Assembly: GCA_963783305.1 (NCBI GenBank) | Contig: CAWAMW010000002.1 | Location: 891,209 to 955,208, forward strand | DNA: 64,000 nucleotides | Reading direction: 5' to 3' | From: an uncultured Gemmatimonadales bacterium | GTDB lineage: Bacteria; Gemmatimonadota; Gemmatimonadetes; Longimicrobiales; RSA9 | Position numbers and translations under genes: made by a program | Shown here: positions 40,374 to 48,649 of the stretch, piece by piece | Position numbering within the stretch: the stretch's first letter is position 1 | Layout of the letters: every line of letters begins with the position of its first letter | The notes under the pieces: generated by a model | What the model was told of the DNA's origin: nothing | What the model saw: the letters and a program-made list of their open reading frames with translations, nothing else | Databases searched by the model: none

Positions 40374-40411
40374 TGATGCAGCGATCCAACAACCGTCGGA
40401 GCACGGCCACA
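40374..40411. promoter_or_regulatory. Tandem palindromic activator-like sites upstream of sugar transferase 1
   Basis: TGATG-CAGCGATC-CAACA then CGTCG-GAGCACGG-CCACA; CGAAC-GGCTA-TTGCA at 40503-40517 lies 129 bp from the first site. Confidence 0.6.
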
Positions 40412-40584
40412 ACTCCGGCACCCCCACCCCTTCCGGGCGCATCTCCGTAACTCCATTCGAGCCAGTGAGTTATCCCGTCTTTGGCCGCATGCCGGACGGG
40501 AGCGAACGGCTATTGCACCTGAACCCGACTGCGATCGATCCCATTTCTCCCCGGATTGACTCGACAAGGAACGACGGAGTTTTG

Positions 40585-41352
40585 ATGCTGCAGATTTCTG
40601 ACGCCTTTCCGATGACGGGGAGGAACGGCACTGTGGAACTGGCCCCGGAGCGGATCATCCGCCTGCACCGGGACAGCGTGGTACGGCCCGGCCCGGCCCC
40701 GACGGCCGCGGCCACCGACGACCAGCGGCTGCGCCGCGCCCTCAATGTGGCCGTGGCGCTGGTCGGTCTCCTCCTGGCGCTGCCGCTCATGCTCGTCATC
40801 GCCCTGGCCATCAAGCTCACCTCGCCGGGGGCCGTCCTGTTCATGCAGGAGCGCGTGGGGATCGACCGCCGCAACCCGTACCTGCCGTCCGGGAACTGGC
40901 GCCGCACCGTCGACCACGGCGGGCAGCTGTTCAAGGTGTACAAGTTCCGCACGATGGTCGCCGGCGCCGGCCGCCGCGAGGTCTGGGCTACGCCCGACGA
41001 TCCGCGGATCACGCGGGTGGGCGCGTTCCTGCGGAAGTACCGGCTGGACGAGATCCCCCAGCTCTGGAACGTGGTCCGGGGCGAGATGAACATTGTGGGC
41101 CCGCGCCCCGAGCAGCCGACGATCTTCAAGGAGATCCGCGCACAGCTCGACGAGTACCACCGCCGTCAGCGCGCGCTCCCCGGGATCACGGGGTGGGCGC
41201 AGGTGAACCACCATTACGATCGTACGATCGAGGACGTGCGGACGAAGCTGCGCTACGACCTGGAGTACCTCCAGCGGCAGAGCGTGCTGGAGGATCTGCG
41301 GATCATGCTGCGCACGGTCCCCGCGGTCCTCACCAAGAAGGGCGCCTGGTAG
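40585..41352 (+). CDS. Priming sugar (phosphoglycosyl) transferase, paralog 1
   Basis: [49 protein letters not shown]. Confidence 0.93.
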   Translation: MLQISDAFPMTGRNGTVELAPERIIRLHRDSVVRPGPAPTAAATDDQRLRRALNVAVALVGLLLALPLMLVIALAIKLTSPGAVLFMQERVGIDRRNPYLPSGNWRRTVDHGGQLFKVYKFRTMVAGAGRREVWATPDDPRITRVGAFLRKYRLDEIPQLWNVVRGEMNIVGPRPEQPTIFKEIRAQLDEYHRRQRALPGITGWAQVNHHYDRTIEDVRTKLRYDLEYLQRQSVLEDLRIMLRTVPAVLTKKGAW

Positions 41353-41408
41353 CGCGCAAATCCGCGCGCATGGGCCGGGCGTCCCCCCCATTCTGGAGAG
41401 AGAGCAAG

Positions 41409-42200
41409 ATGAAGATGCACTTTAGCTGGACCCCCTTCGCCGCGGCCTCCCTCGTGCTGCTCCTGGGAGCGGCGACGGGCGAGGCGCAGACCACGTACTT
41501 CGGTGAAGACCTGGACGGCTCACAGCTCGTGGCGTCCAGCTTCACCAACTCGTTGGCCGCGGAGGCATCGTTCCTCTCCTCCTTGATCGGCGTGGGTACC
41601 GAGACCTTCGACGGCTTCGCTCTCAACACGACGAATCCGTCCCTGTCCTTCCCCGGCGCCGGCACGGCCCAGCTCACCGGCACGGGCTGTGTCTCCAACA
41701 TCACGCAGAGCGCGTGCAGCAATCCTGTTGATGCCTCCACGCCCGGTGGCACCAACGGCTTCGGCCGCTACCCCGTGTCATCGCCCAACTACTTCGAGGT
41801 CAACGCGGGCGATTTCGTCATCGACTTCAGCGCACCGGTCGCGGCGTTCGGGTTCTTCGGCGTCGACATCGGCGAGTTCGGCGGCACGCTCGGAGTGAAC
41901 TTCTTCAACGGCGCCACGCCGGTCGCCGCCCCGACCCTCGCGTACACCCCGTCCGACGGCAACGCGTTTTTCTTCGGCTTCATCGACGCGGCCAACCCGT
42001 TCACGCGGGTCACCTTCAACATCGGCGGGTCGTCGGGGGACGTGTTCGCCTTCGACAACATGACGATCGGCAGCGTGGAGCAGGTGGTCCCGCAGGTGCC
42101 CGAGCCGGCGTCCATGCTCCTGATGCTGGTGGGACTGGTGGGAGTCGGCATTGTCGTCGTCCGGCGTCGGAAGCTCGACAGCGGCTTACAGCCCGCCTGA
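41409..42200 (+). CDS. PEP-CTERM protein 4
   Basis: Signal peptide, C-terminal VPEPASMLLMLVGLVGVGIVVVRRRK; paralog of PEP-CTERM 3. Confidence 0.93.
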   Translation: MKMHFSWTPFAAASLVLLLGAATGEAQTTYFGEDLDGSQLVASSFTNSLAAEASFLSSLIGVGTETFDGFALNTTNPSLSFPGAGTAQLTGTGCVSNITQSACSNPVDASTPGGTNGFGRYPVSSPNYFEVNAGDFVIDFSAPVAAFGFFGVDIGEFGGTLGVNFFNGATPVAAPTLAYTPSDGNAFFFGFIDAANPFTRVTFNIGGSSGDVFAFDNMTIGSVEQVVPQVPEPASMLLMLVGLVGVGIVVVRRRKLDSGLQPA

Positions 42201-42241
42201 CCGACGGCGGCGGGTCCGTGGCAGGGCCCGCACGCGAAGCA

Positions 42242-42280
42242 CGGGCACGGCGTCGAGACTGGTGTTCGGCGCCGTGCCCG
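42242..42280. terminator. Hairpin after PEP-CTERM 4
   Basis: CGGGCACGGCGTCGA...TCGGCGCCGTGCCCG stem. Confidence 0.5.
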
Positions 42281-42348
42281 CCTATTCTGAGACTGGCGTT
42301 TCATACCGAAGCAGCAGAACCATCGCACCGATCCCGGAGACTGCACCC

Positions 42349-42870
42349 TTGAATACGAAGCTGCGTCCCCTCGCCTGGGCGGCCTATTCGGTCGCGTTCA
42401 TCCTCATCGTGGTCCCGCTGACGGAGGTGCTGCTGGGCATCTGGCCCCTGCGGATCGGCCAGGTGAACTGGCGGTTCGGCGCCGCCGGGCTGGTGAGTCA
42501 GAGCGTGATCACGCCGCTGCTGGGGATGCTGCTGGCCGTGACCACCGCGGCGCTGGTGGAGCACCGGGTCACCGCCCGGGTCCTCGCGGGGTTCGCGCTG
42601 CTGGGCGGCGTACTGGGCGCCCTGGCGCTGGCCATGTTCAGCCTGGACGCGCTCGAGGCCCGCTCGGCGGTCCGGACGGAGTCGCTGCAGGCGTTCGACA
42701 AGGCCGCCGTAGTGGCTGCCGTGAAGTTCGTCCTCGGGTCCATCTCGGCGGTGCTCCTGGGCTTGGGCGGCTGGAAGGCCAGCCGGCGGCACGGCGGGGA
42801 GGCCGCGGCGCGGGAGCGGAAGTCCGCGAGCGACGATTCCCCGGTCCTGGTCGGCGCCCGGGAGTCCTAG
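42349..42870 (+). CDS. Hypothetical 4-TM membrane protein
   Basis: TTG start after GGAGA; four hydrophobic helices; WRFGAAG motif. Confidence 0.65.
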   Translation: MNTKLRPLAWAAYSVAFILIVVPLTEVLLGIWPLRIGQVNWRFGAAGLVSQSVITPLLGMLLAVTTAALVEHRVTARVLAGFALLGGVLGALALAMFSLDALEARSAVRTESLQAFDKAAVVAAVKFVLGSISAVLLGLGGWKASRRHGGEAAARERKSASDDSPVLVGARES

Positions 42871-43142
42871 CGGGCTGCTGGAGAAGTCGAGGGGAGGCGG
42901 GCGGGGGGTCGATCGCCGCGCAGCGCGCGGCGATCGCGCAAAGCGCGGCGTCGAAGGGACGGCCAGAGTCCGGGATGTCGGCGTTCCCCCGGGTGCCCGC
43001 GTACGCAGGCGTAAAACGGAGCGCAGCGGAGATCGACCAGCGAGGCCGGAGGCCGACGCGATCGACAGCGAGCGCAGCGACGCGCTCGACAGGGAGCGCA
43101 GCGACCGATCGCTCCCCGCCCAAAACCTCTTTCAGCGGCCTG
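42871..43142. mobile_element. Possible degenerate MITE / IS-derived element
   Basis: Imperfect terminal inverted repeats CGGGCTGCTGGAGAAG...CTCTTTCAGCGGCCTG after CTAG; internal 12-bp hairpin and 3x GAGCGCAGCG. Confidence 0.4.
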
Positions 43143-43155
43143 TCGGACCTGGCCC

Positions 43156-43965
43156 CTACCGGAAGATCCGGATGAAGGTGTAGGTCACCGCCGGAATCGT
43201 GACGAGCAGCGTGCGGACGAGGCCGCTGTCCAGGAACCCACCCTTCCTCTCCGGCACGATGATGCGGTCCCCGGCGCGCAGGCTGAGCTGGTCCAGGGTG
43301 CGGCCGACGATGATCGCTTCGTGCAGCGCGGCGCCGCTCCAGATCACCTGGTCCCCGCGAACGATCTCGGCCTCGTTCAGCTCCGCGTTGGCGGCAGGGC
43401 CACCCGCTCGCATCAGCGCCTCCTCCACGAGCGCCGAGGCCGGCATGGTGAAGAAGCCCTGGCTCCCGACGCTGCCGAGGACCGCGATCCGGATCAGGCT
43501 GCTGGCGTGCACCACCGGCTCCTGGAGGTACCGCCCCAGCTCGGACCTCAGGTGCGTCTCCAGCTCGCTTCGGAGCACACCATCCAGGGGGATGCTGCCG
43601 ATGTTCGGCAGCTGGAGCTCACGGCCCGGCCCCACGGCCAGGGTATCGCTGAGCGTTGGCTCGCCCTCCACCCGCAGCACGATGCGGTCGCCGATCTGGA
43701 AGTCGCCCTCCTGGAGCCGCGCCCGCACGACGCCCGCCTCCGCCGCCGCCCGCTGCCTCAGCGAACGGCTGTAGCCGGACGACGACGCGGCCTCCTCCAG
43801 CCGCCCGAGGAGCTGCTGCAGCTCGGCGCGGCCCAGCTCCGTCCCCTGCGGGTCCCATTCCAGCGACGTCTGCGCCGCCGCGCCCGCGGGGAGCGCCAGT
43901 GCGGCCATGGCCAGTACGAAGGCCCCGAGGGTCGTGCGCATGCCATGCATCATCATTCGCCTCAT
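43156..43965 (-). CDS. Polysaccharide export protein (Wza-like, SLBB domain)
   Basis: Signal peptide, FQIGDRI...LPNIGSIPL, IAVLGSV...EALMRAGG; downstream of the wzc-like gene. Confidence 0.8.
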   Translation of the reverse strand: MRRMMMHGMRTTLGAFVLAMAALALPAGAAAQTSLEWDPQGTELGRAELQQLLGRLEEAASSSGYSRSLRQRAAAEAGVVRARLQEGDFQIGDRIVLRVEGEPTLSDTLAVGPGRELQLPNIGSIPLDGVLRSELETHLRSELGRYLQEPVVHASSLIRIAVLGSVGSQGFFTMPASALVEEALMRAGGPAANAELNEAEIVRGDQVIWSGAALHEAIIVGRTLDQLSLRAGDRIIVPERKGGFLDSGLVRTLLVTIPAVTYTFIRIFR

Positions 43966-46394
43966 CCCTGCGCCTCCCCGCCCACCTGGAGCGGCTGGCG
44001 CATCGTTTCTGTCTGCTCTTCATCGCTGGCCGCGTAGCCGGGGATGTACGAGTACGCGTAGTGCCCGTACCCGTACTGTCGGCCCTGCGGGAGCCCGTTC
44101 ATCACCGCGCCAAGGATCCGGATCGGCAGCCGCTCCACCAGCTCGAGCTTGCTCTCCGCCAGCTCGCGGTTGGTGGTGCCGCTGCGCAGGACCAGCAGGA
44201 GGTTGCTGGTGAGCGTGCCGAGGGCGAACGGGTCCACGCCGGCGCCCAGCGGAGGGCTGTCGATGATGACCACGTCGTAGGCGCCCTTCAGGCGCGCCAG
44301 CAGCTCGCGCATCTCCACCGACCCCAGCAGCTCGGGGCCGTGACGGACCCGGGTCCCCGACGGGATCATGTCGAGCCCCTTGAACCGCGTCGTCCGGACC
44401 GCGGTCTCGAAGCTCACGTGTCCGCCGAGGAGGTCGGTGAGGCCCGGCTTCCGATCGGAGTCCAGCAGGCGGTGCAGCGCGCCCCGGCGAGTGTCCCCGT
44501 CCACCAGGCAGGTCCGGTGTCCCTGGTCGGCGAACGAGAGCGCCAGGTTCGACGCGACGAACGATTTCCCATCGCCGGGGCCGGGACTGGTGATGGTGAT
44601 GGTCAGCGGGCCCGCGGCCCCGAACGCGTGGGTGACGTTCAGCCGGATGGACCGGAACGCCTCCAGCACCTGCGTCAGGTGGTCCTTCTGGGTCCGGCCC
44701 TTCCGGAGGGTGGGCACCGCTCCCAGGATGCTCAGCCCGAGGCCGCGGGTGATCTCGCTGGGATACCGGATCCGGGCATCCAGCCGGTCCCGGAGGATGG
44801 CGCCGCCGAGCCCCAGCCCCAGCCCCGCCATCATGCCCATGAGGAGGACCATGTACTTCTGGTCGCTCACCGGCTGCTGGGGGACGGCCGCTTCATCGAG
44901 GATCCGGATGTCGGGGATGCTGCTCGCCGCCGCCAGCCGGGCCTCCTGGAAGCGCTGCTCCAGGCGGGTGTAGAGACTGCCCTGGATGACGACCTGCCGC
45001 TCCAGGCGTGCCTCCTCGATGGCCCGCGTAGGGATCTCCCGCAGCTCACCGGACGCCGACGCGATGTTCCCCTCCAGCTGGCTCTCGCGGATCCGGAGCT
45101 CGGCCAGCAGCGTGTTCACCATGGCCGGGATCGTCTCCCGCTCCAGCCGCGCCACATCGGCCGCCGCCGTGGCCACCGCCCGGTGCTCGCCCGTGTAGCG
45201 GGAGCGCAGGGCGCGCAGCTGCGCCCGCATGCCCGTGAGCTGCGTCAGCGCCTGCTGCAGGTCCGGCGCCTGCTGCACCGCGCCCACGGAGCTCAGCGCT
45301 TCCACCGACACCCCCTGCTCGGAGCCGATGGCCCGCTCCAGCGCGTCCTGGTCCCGGCGGATCTGCTCCAGCTCCACCTGCATGTTGAAGAAGTTGTCGA
45401 ACGCCGGGTCCCGGGTCATGGCGAGGCCCGGGGTGACGGGCGTCGATCGTTCCGATGGCAGCGTCACCGTGGCCACCTTGAACTCCTCCAGCGCGATCTC
45501 CGCCGACTTCAGCCCCCGCTCCGCCGCCACCAGCTGCTCCTCCAGGATCGACACCAGCGTGTCCAGCTTCTCCCGCTTCAGCTCCGCCGCCACCTCCACG
45601 TGGCGGTCCGCCAGCGAGTTGAGGATCGACGCCGTCTTCTCCGGGTCCTCGCCGTTCAGCTCCACCCGGAGGAACCCGCCCGTCTTGTCGATCTGGGTCC
45701 GCAGCCCGCGACCCAGCTTGAGCGCCTCGTCCCGGGGCGATGCCACCCGGAACCCCACCGCGCGGTCGGCCGGGAACCGGCTCAGCTCCGGCTGCCACGC
45801 CAGCCCCAGCGTCGACGCGCCCACGGAGTCGCCGAACGACCCGCGCTCCACCACGATCCCGTCGCTGGTCTCCAGCGTGTACTGCCGCGCCTGGGGCTGC
45901 ACCCGGATCCGGTAGCTGCCCGGGGCGAAGCGCTGCTGCAGCCCCAGGTCCGAGAGGAGCCCCTCGTCCTCCTTCCGCTCCGGGTGAAGGTAGAGCTGCT
46001 CCGTGATCACCACCGGGTCCAGCACCATGAACGACCGCAGCAGGTCGATCCAGGCGGTGGACGACAGCAGCTGCGAGGACTGGATGGGCCCCACGTCCAC
46101 GGCGCCGCGCGCGCCGCTCGACTGCTCGATCCAGATGGTGGTCTGCGCCACGTACTCCAGCGGCACCCGCTGCGAGGCGAAGTAGCCGCCCACCGTCCCC
46201 ACCACCAGGAGCGCCAGCACCCACCACTTCTGCCGCAGCACCGCCCCGATGTAGCGCCGCACGTCCACGCTCCCGCCCTCCTCCTCGTCGTCGTGCACGG
46301 GGGGGAGCTGCTGCGTGGCCGGAGCGGGGAGCTGCCCATCCGGGTCGTGGGGCGCCAGCTCGAAGAGCGGGTGCCTGATTCGATCGTCCGTCAT
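43962..46394 (-). CDS. wzc: Polysaccharide co-polymerase / tyrosine autokinase (Wzc-like)
   Basis: Two TMs with coiled-coil periplasmic region, EAFRSIR, TSPGPGDGKS, IIDSPP, Tyr-rich tail QYGYGHYAYSYIPGY. Confidence 0.93.
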   Translation of the reverse strand: MTDDRIRHPLFELAPHDPDGQLPAPATQQLPPVHDDEEEGGSVDVRRYIGAVLRQKWWVLALLVVGTVGGYFASQRVPLEYVAQTTIWIEQSSGARGAVDVGPIQSSQLLSSTAWIDLLRSFMVLDPVVITEQLYLHPERKEDEGLLSDLGLQQRFAPGSYRIRVQPQARQYTLETSDGIVVERGSFGDSVGASTLGLAWQPELSRFPADRAVGFRVASPRDEALKLGRGLRTQIDKTGGFLRVELNGEDPEKTASILNSLADRHVEVAAELKREKLDTLVSILEEQLVAAERGLKSAEIALEEFKVATVTLPSERSTPVTPGLAMTRDPAFDNFFNMQVELEQIRRDQDALERAIGSEQGVSVEALSSVGAVQQAPDLQQALTQLTGMRAQLRALRSRYTGEHRAVATAAADVARLERETIPAMVNTLLAELRIRESQLEGNIASASGELREIPTRAIEEARLERQVVIQGSLYTRLEQRFQEARLAAASSIPDIRILDEAAVPQQPVSDQKYMVLLMGMMAGLGLGLGGAILRDRLDARIRYPSEITRGLGLSILGAVPTLRKGRTQKDHLTQVLEAFRSIRLNVTHAFGAAGPLTITITSPGPGDGKSFVASNLALSFADQGHRTCLVDGDTRRGALHRLLDSDRKPGLTDLLGGHVSFETAVRTTRFKGLDMIPSGTRVRHGPELLGSVEMRELLARLKGAYDVVIIDSPPLGAGVDPFALGTLTSNLLLVLRSGTTNRELAESKLELVERLPIRILGAVMNGLPQGRQYGYGHYAYSYIPGYAASDEEQTETMRQPLQVGGEAQG

Positions 46395-46460
46395 GCTGCC
46401 CTGGTCAGGAGGTGCAGGAAATCCGGTTCGGCGCGGGTCCGCGCCGTCCGCCCCCATACG

Positions 46461-46476
46461 CGCAAGCGTGGTGCCT
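46461..46476 (-). promoter_or_regulatory. sigma54 (-24/-12) promoter of wzc-wza
   Basis: Minus strand AGGCAC-CACGC-TTGCG, near consensus TGGCAC-N5-TTGC, about 67 bp upstream of the wzc ATG. Confidence 0.7.
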
Positions 46477-46634
46477 CATCCAGCGTTCGCTCCGGCCGGG
46501 GAGTCGACGCGAGCTCGCGCCGGGGGGCCGGAACTCCCAAGAATAGCCCGCTTCCCCGGAGGATACCACCCCTGTCTCGCTGCGGTTCCTGTCTCCGCTT
46601 CCCGCTGCAGCGCCCCCACACCCGCCCCGGTTGT

Positions 46635-46673
46635 TGTGGCACGGAAGCCACACCTCGTCGCCGCACCGCCACA
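46635..46673. promoter_or_regulatory. Tandem palindromic activator-like sites shared by divergent wzc and sugar transferase 2
   Basis: TGTGG-CACGGAAG-CCACA then, 21 bp later, CGTCG-CCGCACCG-CCACA. Confidence 0.6.
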
Positions 46674-46850
46674 TTTCGGCGCGGTCCAGCCGGCCACAAT
46701 CGGCCAGGCGGACACGCAATATCCGTTGTCCCGCAATGGATTTACCGGATCCCGGGCCAAACCGTTCGTTCGCGAACACGGCTTGCGATAGGAGGTAGTC
46801 GGCGGCTCGACCGGGTCGCGCTACGGAAAACACGATTGAGCCTTGGGTCT

Positions 46851-47621
46851 ATGCCAGCATTGACAGCGATTCCACGAACCGAGCAGCGGGCCGAGCGGCG
46901 TCTCAGGCTGCTGCCGTACATGTTGCCCGAGGGAGGCGCGGCGGACGAGCCGGCCTCCTGGCCTGGCGTCGACCTGTCCTTCCTGAACGGCGAGGCCGCC
47001 CGGCGCGGACTGAACGTGGCCGTTGCGTTCCTGGCGCTGCTCGCCCTCGCCCCCCTCATGCTGCTGATCGCGGTCGCGATCCGTCTGACCTCGCACGGGA
47101 GCGTCATTTACAGGCAGACCCGGATCGGTGTCGACCTCCGGAACCCCGACCTCCCGTCCGGCAACTGGCGCCGTGGTCGGGACCTGGGGGGCAAGCCGTT
47201 CACGATGTACAAGTTCCGCACGATGTACCAGGCCGACGACCCGCGTCAGGTGTGGGCCACCCCGGATGACACGCGGGTGACCCGCGTGGGCCGGTGCCTC
47301 CGCAAGTGCCGTCTGGACGAGCTGCCGCAGCTGATCAACGTGCTGCGGGGCGAGATGAACATCGTTGGGCCGCGCCCCGAGCAGCCGGAGCTCTTCGCCG
47401 ACCTGCGGGTGCGGGTGGCTGGCTACCACGAGCGGCAGCGGGTGCTGCCGGGGATTACCGGCTGGTCGCAGGTCAACCAGTCGTACGACACGTGTATCGA
47501 GGATGTGCGCAACAAGGTGCGGTACGACCTGGAGTACATCCGCAACGCGTCCCTGCTCCACGATCTCAGGATCATGGGGCGGACCATGCCGGTTCTGATC
47601 GGCAGGAAGGGAGCCTGGTGA
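46851..47621 (+). CDS. Priming sugar (phosphoglycosyl) transferase, paralog 2
   Basis: [34 protein letters not shown]; the real gene is the 3' end of the 1321-aa ORF. Confidence 0.9.
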   Translation: MPALTAIPRTEQRAERRLRLLPYMLPEGGAADEPASWPGVDLSFLNGEAARRGLNVAVAFLALLALAPLMLLIAVAIRLTSHGSVIYRQTRIGVDLRNPDLPSGNWRRGRDLGGKPFTMYKFRTMYQADDPRQVWATPDDTRVTRVGRCLRKCRLDELPQLINVLRGEMNIVGPRPEQPELFADLRVRVAGYHERQRVLPGITGWSQVNQSYDTCIEDVRNKVRYDLEYIRNASLLHDLRIMGRTMPVLIGRKGAW

Positions 47622-47852
47622 GTATTCGCCGGGTCGCAGGGCAGGACTCCGCCGCCTTCGAAGGGCTCGGGAAGGCGGGGACGCTCGACCAGGATCGCCG
47701 TTGGGATTGTTCGCGGGGCGTCGCGAGTGGCGCGCACCTTTGCGACGACACCCGGGGCACTATCCTGATGGCCTTAGGTGAGACCAGGTAGAGCAGCCGC
47801 CCGAAAGGGTCGGACGGGCAAAGCATCACTAACTCTCGAGAGGAGCAGGACC

Positions 47853-48578
47853 ATGAGTATCAGATTCATCAAGACGGCGTTAGCCGCTGCGGTGCTGGCC
47901 ACGATGGCCGCGCCCGCAGGACTGCAGGCGGCGGAGGACCCATTCCCACTCGGCGGCTATTCGCTGATCGGTAGCGGGGACCTCTTCGCCACCGGGCCGG
48001 AGGTATTCATCCAGTTCCTGGGCTTCGCGGCCCAGTACAAGGATGAGATATCCTTCCGCTACGATCTGACGCACGCCGGCGCCAGCTACAAGATTTTCGA
48101 CAACAAGACGGCGGTGGCGAACACGGTGTGGCGGATCAATGACTTCGTGGAGGCCTCCACCGGCCTCGCGTTCTCGTTCGTCCCCGGTGAGAACTACATC
48201 TTCTCGCTGTACGTCAACCCGGTAGGCAGCGGCTCGGAGCTGGGCACCGGCGACCTCGGCACGACGTACTACACCAACAACGGCCTGAACCCGGACGGCA
48301 TGATCCACTCGAAGACCGGCGAGTGGATGGGCACGGGCGCCTACACTCCCATGGCCGGCTCGATCACCGGTGTGGCGGGAGACATTGAGTTCAACCGTCA
48401 GGTTGGCTTCGAGGACCGGCTGGCTGGCGACTGGGACTTCAACGACGTGGTCTTCGCCGCGCAGGGCGTCGATGCGCAGGTGCCTGAGCCGATGTCCATG
48501 CTGCTGATGGCCACCGGCCTGTTCGGGATCTGCGGTGTTGCATACCGCCGCAAGGAGACCGACGACAACGAGGCGTAG
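47853..48578 (+). CDS. PEP-CTERM protein 5
   Basis: Signal peptide, GFEDRLAGDWDFNDVVF acidic motif, C-terminal VPEPMSMLLMATGLFGICGVAYRRK. Confidence 0.92.
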   Translation: MSIRFIKTALAAAVLATMAAPAGLQAAEDPFPLGGYSLIGSGDLFATGPEVFIQFLGFAAQYKDEISFRYDLTHAGASYKIFDNKTAVANTVWRINDFVEASTGLAFSFVPGENYIFSLYVNPVGSGSELGTGDLGTTYYTNNGLNPDGMIHSKTGEWMGTGAYTPMAGSITGVAGDIEFNRQVGFEDRLAGDWDFNDVVFAAQGVDAQVPEPMSMLLMATGLFGICGVAYRRKETDDNEA

Positions 48579-48613
48579 TCGGCTTCGTCCGTCTGGATCC
48601 TCCAGATGATCCG

Positions 48614-48649
48614 GAATACGGCCCCGCGCTTCGGTGCGGGGCCGTATTC
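48614..48649. terminator. Bidirectional terminator hairpin
   Basis: GAATACGGCCCCGCGC-TTCG-GTGCGGGGCCGTATTC between convergent genes. Confidence 0.75.

Noticed and set aside
43656..46850. 1321-aa giant ORF
   Set aside because: Mostly antisense to wzc; only the last 256 codons are the real sugar transferase
47729..47746. sigma54 promoter TGGCGCGCACCTTTGC upstream of PEP-CTERM 5
   Set aside because: GG-to-GC spacing is 11 rather than the required 10
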